A stretch of DNA of 42,489 nucleotides from a bacterium (GCA_037127795.1 JBAXXQ010000001.1:471198-513686), one strand, 5' to 3'. Positions 25,799-35,530 are shown, counted from the stretch's first letter. Made by a program: numbers and translations. Notes: generated by a model from the letters alone, not told the origin.

Positions 25799-27529
25799 TT
25801 ATCTATCTGGAGGTATATCGTAATACCCTGCGAGGAATTGTACCATTTCAAAGAAAGAATCTCCAAGTGATGAGATAGCAAACGGAGCCCCTTTTGGATA
25901 TAAATCATAAAAATAAATAACAAAACGAGGGTTGGTTGCCGGGAAAAATCCCACCAATGAGTGCAAGTTTCGATCGGTATAATACCCCTGCCCGTTTGGT
26001 TTTGCGACCTGCGCTGTCCCTGTTTTTGCAGCAATAGTATAGCGAGGGTTTGCGCGGTGATACCCATCATCTACTACATGCGTAAGCATAGTGTGCATAG
26101 TTTGGATTGTTTCCGGCTTTAATACAGGCTGTGCAGATTTTGGATATATGAGATCGCGAGTCACCCCATCAACCTGTTTTATTTGTGATGCAATATGCGG
26201 CGTAATAACATACCCACCATTTGCAAGTATTGCAAAACCTTTCACAATAGAAAGTGGTGTAAGTGCTATACCCTGCCCGAATGCAGCGTTTGCATAGTTC
26301 ACATTGTTATTATCTCGAAGTCCGCTCGTAATACCATTTATCTCTCCTGGAAGATCTACTCCTGTTTTTTGTCCAAGTTTATACCTATCGAGCATGTAGT
26401 CTTTAAAAGCTGCATTACCCATATGTTGTTCTACAAAGACCATGCCTGTGTTGAGTGATTGATTGAGCACGTCTTGCATATTTGCTTTTCCACGACCACG
26501 CTTATCGAAGTTTTTGATTGTTCTATCTCCTACAACTACACTTCCTTTATCAAAATACATTGTCGCTGGAGTTACCGCACCAGAATCTATTCCTGCAGCC
26601 ATCACCATAGGTTTTACAATACTTCCCATCTCATAGGCATTTTCTGCAAACGGGTTTTTGTACACACTGATATCAGAAACATTTCCATAATTATTCGGAT
26701 CAAAATTAGGAAGGTGGGCCATAGCAATAATTTGCCCGGTGTATGGATCCATCACTATCGCTCCTACAGAATCACTTTTGAATTTATCTTCAATTTGTTG
26801 AGTAAGCGTTTCGAGCTCTGATTGTACGACAGGCTCAATACCAGTCACCACATCACCCGTAGTGGTATTATTTTTGAACAACGTATCTTTTACATTAGAA
26901 AAAATTTCTGCAAAAAAGTTTACATAAAAATCTTGGCTAGTACGACTCAATACATCATTATAAAACCCTTCAAGTCCATATCGCCCGATAAGCGTATTAT
27001 CCTTAAAAGACACAAAACCAATAGTTTGGGCTGCCATAGTATTTCCAGGATAAAATCGCCACTTTTCATTTATCAAAAGAAGCGCTTTTGGCTGGTGCAA
27101 TGCGACAATTGCAGCTGCCTGATCTTCAGAAAGATGTGTCAGTATTTCTTCATATGGATCACTCTTTTTACTAGCCTTTGCAATAAATGTATCTTTGTCG
27201 ATATCTATAATAGGCGCGAGCGATGCATAGAGCTGTTCTGGGTTTGCTATTTGAGGAGGAAGTATTGCAAGTGTGTACCCAGTCGCTATGGTTGCCGCAG
27301 CTACATTTTCTCCATCTTTACCAGTAAAATAAATATCACCACGATCAAATACGTCACCAACTGGTTTACGGTATTGATGCTCAGCGCGTTGTTTATATTC
27401 TTTTTGATTGATAATCTGCAGATGAAATAATTGCCCGATAATACAAATAGCAATAACTACGAGGCCGATAATAATCGCTCGTAGTCTTTGTACAAAAAGT
27501 TGTTTAGTTTGAATTGATTGCGAGGCCAT
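25799..27529 (-). CDS. ftsI: Class B penicillin-binding protein (FtsI/PBP3-like)
   Basis: RGDIY, GRYGLE; SIVK (SxxK), SLN (SxN), KTG; position after mraZ-rsmH-ftsL. Confidence 0.9.
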   Translation of the reverse strand: MASQSIQTKQLFVQRLRAIIIGLVVIAICIIGQLFHLQIINQKEYKQRAEHQYRKPVGDVFDRGDIYFTGKDGENVAAATIATGYTLAILPPQIANPEQLYASLAPIIDIDKDTFIAKASKKSDPYEEILTHLSEDQAAAIVALHQPKALLLINEKWRFYPGNTMAAQTIGFVSFKDNTLIGRYGLEGFYNDVLSRTSQDFYVNFFAEIFSNVKDTLFKNNTTTGDVVTGIEPVVQSELETLTQQIEDKFKSDSVGAIVMDPYTGQIIAMAHLPNFDPNNYGNVSDISVYKNPFAENAYEMGSIVKPMVMAAGIDSGAVTPATMYFDKGSVVVGDRTIKNFDKRGRGKANMQDVLNQSLNTGMVFVEQHMGNAAFKDYMLDRYKLGQKTGVDLPGEINGITSGLRDNNNVNYANAAFGQGIALTPLSIVKGFAILANGGYVITPHIASQIKQVDGVTRDLIYPKSAQPVLKPETIQTMHTMLTHVVDDGYHRANPRYTIAAKTGTAQVAKPNGQGYYTDRNLHSLVGFFPATNPRFVIYFYDLYPKGAPFAISSLGDSFFEMVQFLAGYYDIPPDR

Positions 27530-27839
27530 GGGTCATATCAGTATACGCAACTTGTGAATAATCCACAAAGCCTAAGCTGTGTGCGTATTCTTTGGTAAGC
27601 CCACGCTCTTGTCCTAAGTATGAAAGTTCTACAGTCCCCATTGCAGAAGTTGTTTTTTTGAGATTTTGCTCAACGTTTTTTTGTTCAATAACAGAAAATG
27701 TCAATGCACCAACAAGATAGAGATATACAACAAACAACCCACTCACACTCACCACTAGACTTGAAACAATTTTTTTGAATACAGAGTGCGGTACTGCGTT
27801 TTGTGCTTTCTCTATGTTTTTTTGTATGTAGGTTGTCAT
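27504..27839 (-). CDS. ftsL: FtsL-like cell division protein
   Basis: One TM plus coiled coil ending in ...AHSLGF; located between rsmH and the PBP. Confidence 0.65.
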   Translation of the reverse strand: MTTYIQKNIEKAQNAVPHSVFKKIVSSLVVSVSGLFVVYLYLVGALTFSVIEQKNVEQNLKKTTSAMGTVELSYLGQERGLTKEYAHSLGFVDYSQVAYTDMTHGLAINSN

Positions 27840-28696
27840 ATTTTTTCTATGATGCGAAGCTTGGCGCTTCGGGCTCGGGGGTTATGTAATAATTCTGATT
27901 TTGTTGGTACAATTGGTTTTTTGGTGATAACGCGTTCATGAGTTTTCATCCACTGTTTTACAATCCTATCTTCTCCGCTATGAAAACTTATCACAGCAAT
28001 CCTTCCTCCAGTACGTAATACCTGATACCAGGCATCAAGGGCTTGTTGAATGGTTTGGTATTCATCATTAACTGCTATACGAAACGCTTGAAACGTTTTT
28101 GTAGCTGGGTGAATTTTCCCTTTTCTTTTGACAACACTCTCGATCACTGCTGCGAGCTGTTTTGCAGTTTCTATAGGAGCGATATCTCGAGCTTCAACAA
28201 TTGCTTTTGCAATTACACGAGCCTTCACATCTTCTCCATAAAAATAAATAATATCTGCAATAGAATCAGCTTCCCAGGTATTTACTATATCGTGTGCAGT
28301 AAATCCTGTATGACTACCTTTTTCAGAAAATGTCATTGCAAGTGGTGTATCTGAATTGAATGAAAACCCTCTTGTATCAGCAAGGAGCTGAAACGTGCTG
28401 GTACCCATATCAATAAGTACTCCGTCGACACTAGTGATACCAGCTTTTTCCAATATGTATGCCGCATCTTTATAATTGGCATGGACAAAAGAAATTCGCT
28501 TATTATTTCCAAATTTTTCTATGTATCGTTTTTCTGCATCTTCATCAAGATCGACAGCGACAACAGAGACGTTGGGGTTTGTATCTAGTATCAATTGCGT
28601 ATGACCTCCTCCTCCAAAAGTACCATCGACAACAACAGAGCATTGTGCGAGATTAAGAGCGTCTATACTTTCTTCTAAAAGAACTGGGATATGCAT
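27836..28696 (-). CDS. rsmH: 16S rRNA m4C1402 methyltransferase
   Basis: MHIPVLLEE, DGTFGGGGH, HPATKTFQAFRIAVN, SFHSGEDRIVK, NPRARSAKLR. Confidence 0.98.
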   Translation of the reverse strand: MHIPVLLEESIDALNLAQCSVVVDGTFGGGGHTQLILDTNPNVSVVAVDLDEDAEKRYIEKFGNNKRISFVHANYKDAAYILEKAGITSVDGVLIDMGTSTFQLLADTRGFSFNSDTPLAMTFSEKGSHTGFTAHDIVNTWEADSIADIIYFYGEDVKARVIAKAIVEARDIAPIETAKQLAAVIESVVKRKGKIHPATKTFQAFRIAVNDEYQTIQQALDAWYQVLRTGGRIAVISFHSGEDRIVKQWMKTHERVITKKPIVPTKSELLHNPRARSAKLRIIEKI

Positions 28697-28697
28697 A

Positions 28698-29129
28698 TTA
28701 CAAAACTCCTATAGCTCCTAAATTGTCTGCGAGCTCATCTGCGTGTGTTTCGATACCTTGTTTATATTGCTGCCAAGCAACTTCTTCCCAAAGCTCTACA
28801 CGACTATGTACGCCGACAATAGCGACTTTATCTTTGATACCAATACTTTGTTTCAAAGTCTCAGGTATCAAGATTCTACCATTGGCATCTATACTTGCTT
28901 CTACTGCGCGACCAATCAAATGACGACTGAATGCACGAGTATCTTTTTGTAATGATCCTTCACCGAGCTTATCGATAATTTTTTTCCATCCTTGCAAAGT
29001 AAAGACAAATAAACTTTTTTCAAGACCAGGGGCAACAACTACTGTCTTCCCCATCTCTTTACGGAACTTAACCGGAAAAGAAAGTCTATTTTTGTCGTCT
29101 ATTGCATGAATGTATTCACCGATTAGCAT
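28698..29129 (-). CDS. mraZ: Division/cell wall cluster repressor MraZ
   Basis: MLIGEYIHAIDDKNRLSFP, DANGRILIP, VGVHSRVELW. Start ATG 29129. Confidence 0.97.
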   Translation of the reverse strand: MLIGEYIHAIDDKNRLSFPVKFRKEMGKTVVVAPGLEKSLFVFTLQGWKKIIDKLGEGSLQKDTRAFSRHLIGRAVEASIDANGRILIPETLKQSIGIKDKVAIVGVHSRVELWEEVAWQQYKQGIETHADELADNLGAIGVL

Positions 29130-29150
29130 ATGTTTTATAATTCTTACTTT

Positions 29151-29196
29151 TACCACTCCGTCCCACTTGATACCATTTTACCCCACAACCACCCAC
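29151..29196 (-). promoter_or_regulatory. Five MraZ-box-like direct repeats at exact 10 bp period
   Basis: Minus strand GTGGGT, GTGGGG, ATGGTA, GTGGGA, GTGGTA starting at 29196, 29186, 29176, 29166, 29156. Confidence 0.85.
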
Positions 29197-29213
29197 CAAT
29201 GCAACTACCAAGG

Positions 29214-29222
29214 TGTGGATAA
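29214..29222 (-). promoter_or_regulatory. Perfect DnaA box upstream of mraZ
   Basis: TTATCCACA on the minus strand. Confidence 0.65.
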
Positions 29223-29223
29223 C

Positions 29224-29257
29224 AAAAAGCCCGCCCTCGATACGAGGGCGGGCTTTT
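29224..29257 (-). terminator. greA terminator
   Basis: AAAAAGCCCGCCCTCG-ATA-CGAGGGCGGGCTTTT. Confidence 0.92.
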
Positions 29258-29266
29258 AAAAAATTC

Positions 29267-29728
29267 TTATTGTACGTTCTTTATTTCGTATTCGATAGTG
29301 CCTTTTGGGGTCATTACAGAAACAGTATCCCCTGTTCGCTTGCTCATAAGTGCTGTACCAATAGGAGATTTGTATGAGATTTTACCTGCGAGCATGTCTG
29401 TTTCTTCGCTTCCTACAATACTAAATACACGAGTGTTTTCTTCACCATGTTTTTGGATAGTTACCGTACTACCGATTTGGACCACGCCATTGTTTACAGT
29501 CTTTTTGATCACTGTTGCATATTTGAGCATGTGTTCGATTTGTGCGATACGCTCTTGGAGCTTTGCTTGCTCTTCGCGTGCTTGGTGATATTCAGCATTT
29601 TCAGAAAGGTCGCCCAAAGACTTTGCATATTCTACAGCTGCAATAATCTCTTTTTGGCGAGGACCACGAAGTACCAAAAGCTCTGCTTCTAGTGTTTCTT
29701 TATTTTCTTGAGTAATAAATTCATTCAT
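29267..29728 (-). CDS. greA: Transcription elongation factor GreA
   Basis: GDLSENAEYHQAREEQ, IVGSEE, ISYKSPIGTAL. Confidence 0.98.
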   Translation of the reverse strand: MNEFITQENKETLEAELLVLRGPRQKEIIAAVEYAKSLGDLSENAEYHQAREEQAKLQERIAQIEHMLKYATVIKKTVNNGVVQIGSTVTIQKHGEENTRVFSIVGSEETDMLAGKISYKSPIGTALMSKRTGDTVSVMTPKGTIEYEIKNVQ

Positions 29729-29756
29729 ATAATACCGTGTATTCTATCATACCCCC

Positions 29757-31439
29757 CTACTGTGTCAAAAGCTCTGGATTTGCATGTATATAATCAAGAA
29801 GTGGGCGTAATGCGTGGACCGCTCCAGTGGTGACTTTTGGCCCATCCTCCATAAGCACTGCAAAAGCAAAACGAGGTTTATCATATGGGAAAAATCCAAT
29901 AGTCCAAGAGTTCACACGAGTGTTGTTGTGGATCTGCGCAGTACCAGTCTTTGCAGCTACCGTAAAGCCAGGTATCAAAAGTGCTCGCGCAGTACCCTCT
30001 GTCACATCGAGAAGCATACCTTCATGTACGACAGTATACTCTGCATCGGTAAATGGGAGTGTCCCTTTTGAAACTTCTTTTGGACTATTTTTAATAAGTG
30101 TTGGTGTTACGAGTGCCCCTCGAGATGCGATACCTGCGACAGCGCGAGCCATTTCAAGCGGAGTAACCTGATACCCATATTGTCCGATAGAAGTGTTGTA
30201 CGTATCTCCTATGCGCCATGGGTCATTGGGGAAATGTTTTGCTTTCCAGGCAACACTAGGGACCGTCCCTGCAAGCTCTCCAGAGAGCTCTATACCAGTC
30301 TTTTCTCCAATACCGAACATACGTGTGTATTTTTCAATATTTGCGATACCGAGCCCTTTTTGTGTGGTTCCAAATCCTCCTCCAATTTGATAAAAGTAGA
30401 TATTTGAAGATACTGCGATCGCATGTCGCATATCTACAAGTCCGTGTGCCGCATTATCTTTAAAAATAGAAAATGTCCCAGGTTTAAATGGATTGGGCAC
30501 CTTCATTTCTTTAGTACTGAGAATTTGTTTGTACGGAGTGATCACCCCTTCATGAAGCGCAGCGAGCGCAAGAAATGGCTTGATAATAGATCCAGGAGTA
30601 TAGAGCCCTTCTGTTGCGCGATTGAGAAATGGTCGTGCTTTACTCTTCATATATCCTTGTATAGTCGCAGTGTCTGATCCGTCTGCAAGGATTTGTGGGT
30701 TGTACTCTGGATAGCTCGTCATCGCATAAATTTCTCCAGTATGGATATCCATAATCACCCCTGCACCACCGACGAACCCAGAATTGGTCGCAAGTGTTTG
30801 AATACCTGAATACAATACACTTTGCATGCGACTATCGATAGAGAGTGTGATATTTTTTCCTTGTTCCGGCTCATCTACTACTCCTCCAGAAGTCACCCCA
30901 CCTTTCACAGATACCTCCACAAGCTTGGTACCATTCACCCCTGCAAGATCAGTATCATACTGCTTCTCTATACCATCGCGACCAATAGTGCGCTCTTGCC
31001 AAAATTTTCCACTAGAGTCTTTTGCAGGGTACGACACATAGCCCAAAAAGTTTGCAAAGCCTGGTGTCTCTATATATTTGCGCAAGATATTTTCATCTGT
31101 TTCTGCGTCGAGCGTATTCCACGCAAGCTCAACATTATTTCTATCATAAATAACTCCACGGTTTGCAAAAAGCGGTACCGTCTGCAAACTATTTTTTTCA
31201 CTTTTTGTATTATAAAAACTATACTTAACTACTTGCAAATAAAACAACCGAGAAACAAAAATAAATCCCATAATACCAATACAGAGAATTAACCCATGCA
31301 ATGCACGCTTGGGAATTGGTTGCTCTACACGCCCCTCAAATTGCTGTTTATCAAATGCGGGAAGATTGTGTACATCAAGCAAGAGCTCGTCTGGTTGCAA
31401 CTCAAATACAGGGATTTTTTTAATCTTTCTTTTCATCAT
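29757..31439 (-). CDS. mrdA: Class B penicillin-binding protein 2 (elongasome)
   Basis: RGVIYDRN, LNRA..GLYTPGSIIK (SxxK), SSN, SIGQ, KTGTAQ; follows mreBC. Confidence 0.9.
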   Translation of the reverse strand: MMKRKIKKIPVFELQPDELLLDVHNLPAFDKQQFEGRVEQPIPKRALHGLILCIGIMGFIFVSRLFYLQVVKYSFYNTKSEKNSLQTVPLFANRGVIYDRNNVELAWNTLDAETDENILRKYIETPGFANFLGYVSYPAKDSSGKFWQERTIGRDGIEKQYDTDLAGVNGTKLVEVSVKGGVTSGGVVDEPEQGKNITLSIDSRMQSVLYSGIQTLATNSGFVGGAGVIMDIHTGEIYAMTSYPEYNPQILADGSDTATIQGYMKSKARPFLNRATEGLYTPGSIIKPFLALAALHEGVITPYKQILSTKEMKVPNPFKPGTFSIFKDNAAHGLVDMRHAIAVSSNIYFYQIGGGFGTTQKGLGIANIEKYTRMFGIGEKTGIELSGELAGTVPSVAWKAKHFPNDPWRIGDTYNTSIGQYGYQVTPLEMARAVAGIASRGALVTPTLIKNSPKEVSKGTLPFTDAEYTVVHEGMLLDVTEGTARALLIPGFTVAAKTGTAQIHNNTRVNSWTIGFFPYDKPRFAFAVLMEDGPKVTTGAVHALRPLLDYIHANPELLTQ

Positions 31440-31707
31440 ATAGATTACCCAATCGAGTATATCGCAATAATACCCAACGGAGGAGTACTGATCCCAATAC
31501 TATCCAAAATAAAAACAAGCTCGCAAAATGAAATCCATTGTGTGGGCCAAAAATACTATCACTTATAGCAGCAAGTAGTAGGAACACTATGCTGGTAGTA
31601 GAGAGAAACACCGCAGCAACAAAAATAACAACCTGTGCCCACCAAGCAAGGTATACGATTGCAACAATACACAATATAGATAACGCGACGATTCGTAATG
31701 CTTTCAT
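31420..31707 (-). CDS. Short membrane protein in the MreD position
   Basis: 95 aa, very hydrophobic; ATG 31707 overlaps the mreC stop (TAATG). Confidence 0.65.
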   Translation of the reverse strand: MKALRIVALSILCIVAIVYLAWWAQVVIFVAAVFLSTTSIVFLLLAAISDSIFGPHNGFHFASLFLFWIVLGSVLLRWVLLRYTRLGNLYDEKKD

Positions 31708-32402
31708 TATTTTATAATCACCCATGGTAATGTTTGTAAATTTACTGGAGTTTTTGCACGGACAGTAATAAATGGATCACGAGAATCTCCAGTGACTTTT
31801 TCTACTGTTGCCAAAATTTTTGTATCACTTGATTGCTGTGCAATAACATCCCCCACCGCAAAACTAATATCTCGAGGCATACGAATCTCGTACTCACCAG
31901 AGCCACGCCCAGTAAGAACTACTGATATACCACTTCCGACCACTGACCCTGATGTCTGTACTCCTACACTACTAAACAAAGAAATCACTGCACTATGTGT
32001 ATACACTGTCGATACAGTACCAAGGGCAACACTATCGAGTGCATAGACAGTCTTCCCTACTGCGATATGTTCTGCAGAGCCTGCATCGATAAGCATAGTG
32101 TCGTATATAGATCTATCAGGAGAAGTGATCACGTGCGCGAGGATTCCTGGAACTCCTATTACCCTCCCAAAAGCTTCTTTGAGTGTTTTGTTTTCATCAG
32201 TAAGTTGTGTGATTTTTGCAGTATCAGTATCGATTTGTGACTGGAGAGATACCTGATCTGTTTTGTGTTGGAGTGCAATAAAAATACGAGTAAATACTCC
32301 GTGTGCACTAAGTATTATGAATACAGAAAAAAACAGGATCCCAATATACAATCCTTCTTTTCGTATAAAACTAGAAATATTTTTTTTAGAAGTAGTCGGC
32401 AT
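31707..32402 (-). CDS. mreC: Rod shape-determining protein MreC
   Basis: TM, coiled coil (ENKTLKEAFG), MLIDAGS..I..G..V..., LQTLPWV; follows mreB. Confidence 0.85.
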   Translation of the reverse strand: MPTTSKKNISSFIRKEGLYIGILFFSVFIILSAHGVFTRIFIALQHKTDQVSLQSQIDTDTAKITQLTDENKTLKEAFGRVIGVPGILAHVITSPDRSIYDTMLIDAGSAEHIAVGKTVYALDSVALGTVSTVYTHSAVISLFSSVGVQTSGSVVGSGISVVLTGRGSGEYEIRMPRDISFAVGDVIAQQSSDTKILATVEKVTGDSRDPFITVRAKTPVNLQTLPWVIIK

Positions 32403-33432
32403 AATTTTCTACAGCAAGTAATACTGGTTTATATTCTTCAAATGATTCTAATACAATACCGAGTCCCCGAGCAACTGCAGACAACGGCTCTTCTGCAATA
32501 AATACTGGAAGAGACACTGCTTCACTAATACAATCTGCAAGTCCTGGCATAAGTGCACCTCCACCAGTAAGGACAATACCACTATGTACCGTATCGCTCA
32601 TGAGCTCTGGTGGTGCTGTCTCAAGTACTTCTTTAATACCTGAAATAATATTTGCTACGCCGTCTTTCATAGCAATACGAATATCTCCATCGGTTACCAC
32701 AATACCGCGAGGAAGCCCTACACCGAGATCGCGACCGCGTACTTCGTACTCTTTGTGTTTACCATCGACAGTCCCTCCGATAGCGATTTTTACTTCTTCT
32801 GCTGTTTGATCTCCAATATATAGTTTGAATTGATCACGAATATAATCAATAATATTTTGATTAAAATGATCTCCTGCGACTTTGAGATTGATAGCACGAA
32901 CCATACCGCCGAGCGATATAAGCGCTATATCGGTAGTACCACCGCCAATATCTACAACACATGTTGCTTGGGCTTCAAGCACTGGGAGACGTACTCCAAC
33001 AGCTGCAGCCATAGCTTCTTCGACAAGGTGCACTTCTCTTGCGCCGGCATTGATAGCCGCATCATAGACTGCACGAGTCTCTACGTTGGTGATACCACTA
33101 GGGACACCGAGGAGTACTCGTGGCCGAAAAAATTTACTCGAAATTTTTTCGGCCTTTTTCAAAAAGTATGAAAGCATTTCTTCTGTCACTTCAAAATCAG
33201 ATACTACTCCACCTACGAGCGGTCGTATTATTTTGATATGCGCAGGAGTTTTGCCTGACATCAATTTTGCTTCATGTCCTACAGCAACAATCTGTCCTGT
33301 TTTTTGATTGATAGCAACAATAGAAGGTTCATTGATTACAATCCCGTGCCCTTTTACATACACAAGCGTATTTGCAGTACCGAGATCTATCCCGATATCA
33401 TTAGAAAATTTTTGATACAGTTTATCGAACAT
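32386..33432 (-). CDS. mreB: Actin-like MreB
   Basis: IGIDLGTANTLV, VVDIGGGTTD, VLTGGGAL. Confidence 0.97.
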   Translation of the reverse strand: MFDKLYQKFSNDIGIDLGTANTLVYVKGHGIVINEPSIVAINQKTGQIVAVGHEAKLMSGKTPAHIKIIRPLVGGVVSDFEVTEEMLSYFLKKAEKISSKFFRPRVLLGVPSGITNVETRAVYDAAINAGAREVHLVEEAMAAAVGVRLPVLEAQATCVVDIGGGTTDIALISLGGMVRAINLKVAGDHFNQNIIDYIRDQFKLYIGDQTAEEVKIAIGGTVDGKHKEYEVRGRDLGVGLPRGIVVTDGDIRIAMKDGVANIISGIKEVLETAPPELMSDTVHSGIVLTGGGALMPGLADCISEAVSLPVFIAEEPLSAVARGLGIVLESFEEYKPVLLAVENYADYF

Positions 33433-34672
33433 GAAGTATTTCTAATAATTCTGACTCAGTAATAATCCGACCCTCTTGTTCTGTTCGTTTTTTATATTCA
33501 AACCCTCCACTCGCAAGACTTCGAGGAGATACTACTACACGATGTGACATACCAAGCAAATCTGCATCTGCAAATTTTTCTCCAGCACTAGCATGTATAC
33601 GATCATCAAAAAGTACTTCGATACCAAGACCGGTAAGTTTTTCGTACAAAGCATTTGCTTCTTTTTCTAGACTATCTCCGAGACCAATAAGTTGCACAGT
33701 AAATGGTGCAACAGATTCTGGCCATACAATGCCTTTTTCATCTGAAAGAGTTTCTACAATAGTACCTATCAAACGAGTAATACCAATACCATATGAGCCC
33801 ATATATACAAGCTGCTCTTCTCCTTGATTATCTTTATAGGTAAGCTCAAAAGGCTCTGAGAATTTTGATCCTAGTGAAAAAATATTTCCTACTTCGATAG
33901 CTTTCTTTTGCACCAAACTATCTTTTGTAACACCTAGATCTACAAGTACTTCATCATTAAATACTTCTTCATTGATAGCAATCTTTTTTACCTCATCAAT
34001 ATAAATGGTATCTTCTCCTGCGTCTGAGATAGTTTGAAATTCATGAGAATACTTTGCAAAAGTCCCTCCTGAAGCAAATGTTATATAGGTATATGCACCG
34101 AGACCAACAGTGTCATAAATACGCATATATACATCTTTTATTTTTTCATAAAATGCATCATGTTCTTCTTTATTTTTTGAAAATGAATACAATGCTTTCC
34201 AGTAGAATTCTCGTCCACGCATAATACCAGACTTACTACGTACTTCATTTCTAAAAATAGTTTTGAAATCATACAAGTACAAAGGAAGATCTTTGTATGA
34301 ACTTACAAAATCTTTGAGTATATGAGAATATGCTTCTTCATTAGTAAAAGACAATCCTACTTCTGTACCATTTTTAAGTGTTGTCTTGAACCAATTGTCT
34401 ACTACAGCATCATCCCAACGATTTGTTTTTTCCCACACTTCTTTTGATTGTAATGCTGAAGTTTTCATTTCAACACCACCAATACTATTCATTTCTTTTT
34501 TTATAATATCAGTAATTTTGTCTGCAACACGCAAACCAAGAGGTAACAGTGTATATACCCCTGCCATTTCTTTATAAATAAAACCACCACGTATCAAAAG
34601 CTGTGCATTCTTTGAAACCTCGTCTTTTGGGGCCTCTTTTTTTGTTTTAGTGAAAAGGGTACTTTGTCTCAT
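33422..34672 (-). CDS. proS: Prolyl-tRNA synthetase (short form, apparently without INS editing domain)
   Basis: MRQSTLF, LLPLGLRV, FRNEVR..GIMRGREF, IEVGNIFSLG, MGSYGIGITR, GEKFADADLLG; 416 aa. Confidence 0.96.
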   Translation of the reverse strand: MRQSTLFTKTKKEAPKDEVSKNAQLLIRGGFIYKEMAGVYTLLPLGLRVADKITDIIKKEMNSIGGVEMKTSALQSKEVWEKTNRWDDAVVDNWFKTTLKNGTEVGLSFTNEEAYSHILKDFVSSYKDLPLYLYDFKTIFRNEVRSKSGIMRGREFYWKALYSFSKNKEEHDAFYEKIKDVYMRIYDTVGLGAYTYITFASGGTFAKYSHEFQTISDAGEDTIYIDEVKKIAINEEVFNDEVLVDLGVTKDSLVQKKAIEVGNIFSLGSKFSEPFELTYKDNQGEEQLVYMGSYGIGITRLIGTIVETLSDEKGIVWPESVAPFTVQLIGLGDSLEKEANALYEKLTGLGIEVLFDDRIHASAGEKFADADLLGMSHRVVVSPRSLASGGFEYKKRTEQEGRIITESELLEILHVR

Positions 34673-34748
34673 ATATAACTACATAATGCCACAAAAAGGC
34701 AAATAAAAAAAGCTCAATATCAAAATACTGAACTTTTTGTTCAAAAAA

Positions 34749-34916
34749 CTATTTTTTTATTATTTTCAACACCGAAACCCCCATAGCCATTACTAATACT
34801 TTATCAAATAAATCTACGAGGCTTGATTTAAAAACAATTCCAAAATAATTTTCATATAAACTTGTAACTATTACAAGAACTATCCAAAAAATTACCCATA
34901 AAGTTTTCTTATTCAT
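34749..34916 (-). CDS. Small 2-TM membrane protein (55 aa)
   Basis: Start ATG 34916 (MNKKTLWVIFW...), downstream of promoter TTGACT-17-TACTTT (34963..34935). Confidence 0.6.
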   Translation of the reverse strand: MNKKTLWVIFWIVLVIVTSLYENYFGIVFKSSLVDLFDKVLVMAMGVSVLKIIKK

Positions 34917-34958
34917 TTCTAATGATTTTTTATAAAAGTAACATATATGTATATAAAA

Positions 34959-35037
34959 GTCAAGTACCACAATAGCACAATATATAAAATAACAAATCCC
35001 CGACACAATTGCCGGAGATTACATAGTACGAATGAAA
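34959..35037. repeat. Cassette junction copy A (terminator hairpin + conserved spacer + next -35)
   Basis: 65/79 identical to 35452..35530 by manual alignment. Confidence 0.9.
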
Positions 35038-35038
35038 A

Positions 35039-35401
35039 TTATTCTGTTTTAAAACTTAAACCTCTTTCTTCTAAGCAGATTTGAAGATCTCTTAAATTCT
35101 TTTTTCCAACACCTGTAATTCCAGAAATTTGCTCTTTTTTAAAAAGGCAAACATCTTCTATATTATTTACCCCTATAGACTTGAGCGCATTAAACATTGT
35201 CACACTTAACGCATCAGAAGGAAGATTTTGAAGAGGTGTTGGAACAAGAAAATTGAAACATATTTTTTTCTTGTTAGAAAATAGATTTATGGCATCTAAA
35301 TTATCTTCTACATCAATTCCTTTTGTTTTTAAAAAAGAAACAATATCTTTTGTTTCAAGAGTAACCTCTACTCTTGAAACTGTTTTTGCTTTAATTTTCA
35401 T
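35039..35401 (-). CDS. Stand-alone RNA polymerase alpha-CTD-like protein
   Basis: C-terminal half LSVTMFNALKSIGV...GVGKKNLRDLQICLEERGLSF matches the alpha-CTD pattern LTVRSANCLK...LGKKSLTEI...LASRGLSL. Own promoter TTGACG-17-TATTAT. Confidence 0.8.
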   Translation of the reverse strand: MKIKAKTVSRVEVTLETKDIVSFLKTKGIDVEDNLDAINLFSNKKKICFNFLVPTPLQNLPSDALSVTMFNALKSIGVNNIEDVCLFKKEQISGITGVGKKNLRDLQICLEERGLSFKTE

Positions 35402-35451
35402 CTTTATTTAATTTTTGATTTGTATATATAATATAACTTTTATTACAATTC

Positions 35452-35530
35452 GTCAAGTACCATATCTACGCAATATATAAAATAACAAACCCCCGACACA
35501 ATTGCCGGGGGCTACATAACATAAATGAAA
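35452..35530. repeat. Cassette junction copy B
   Basis: Homologous to 34959..35037; its first 27 bp are identical to 37884..37910. Confidence 0.9.

Noticed and set aside
26822-27430. Long antisense ORFs in the track (e.g. 26822..27430, 23188..23706, 38722..39243, 30822..31292)
   Set aside because: They lie fully opposite well-supported genes and have no motifs; they are expected shadows of codon bias.
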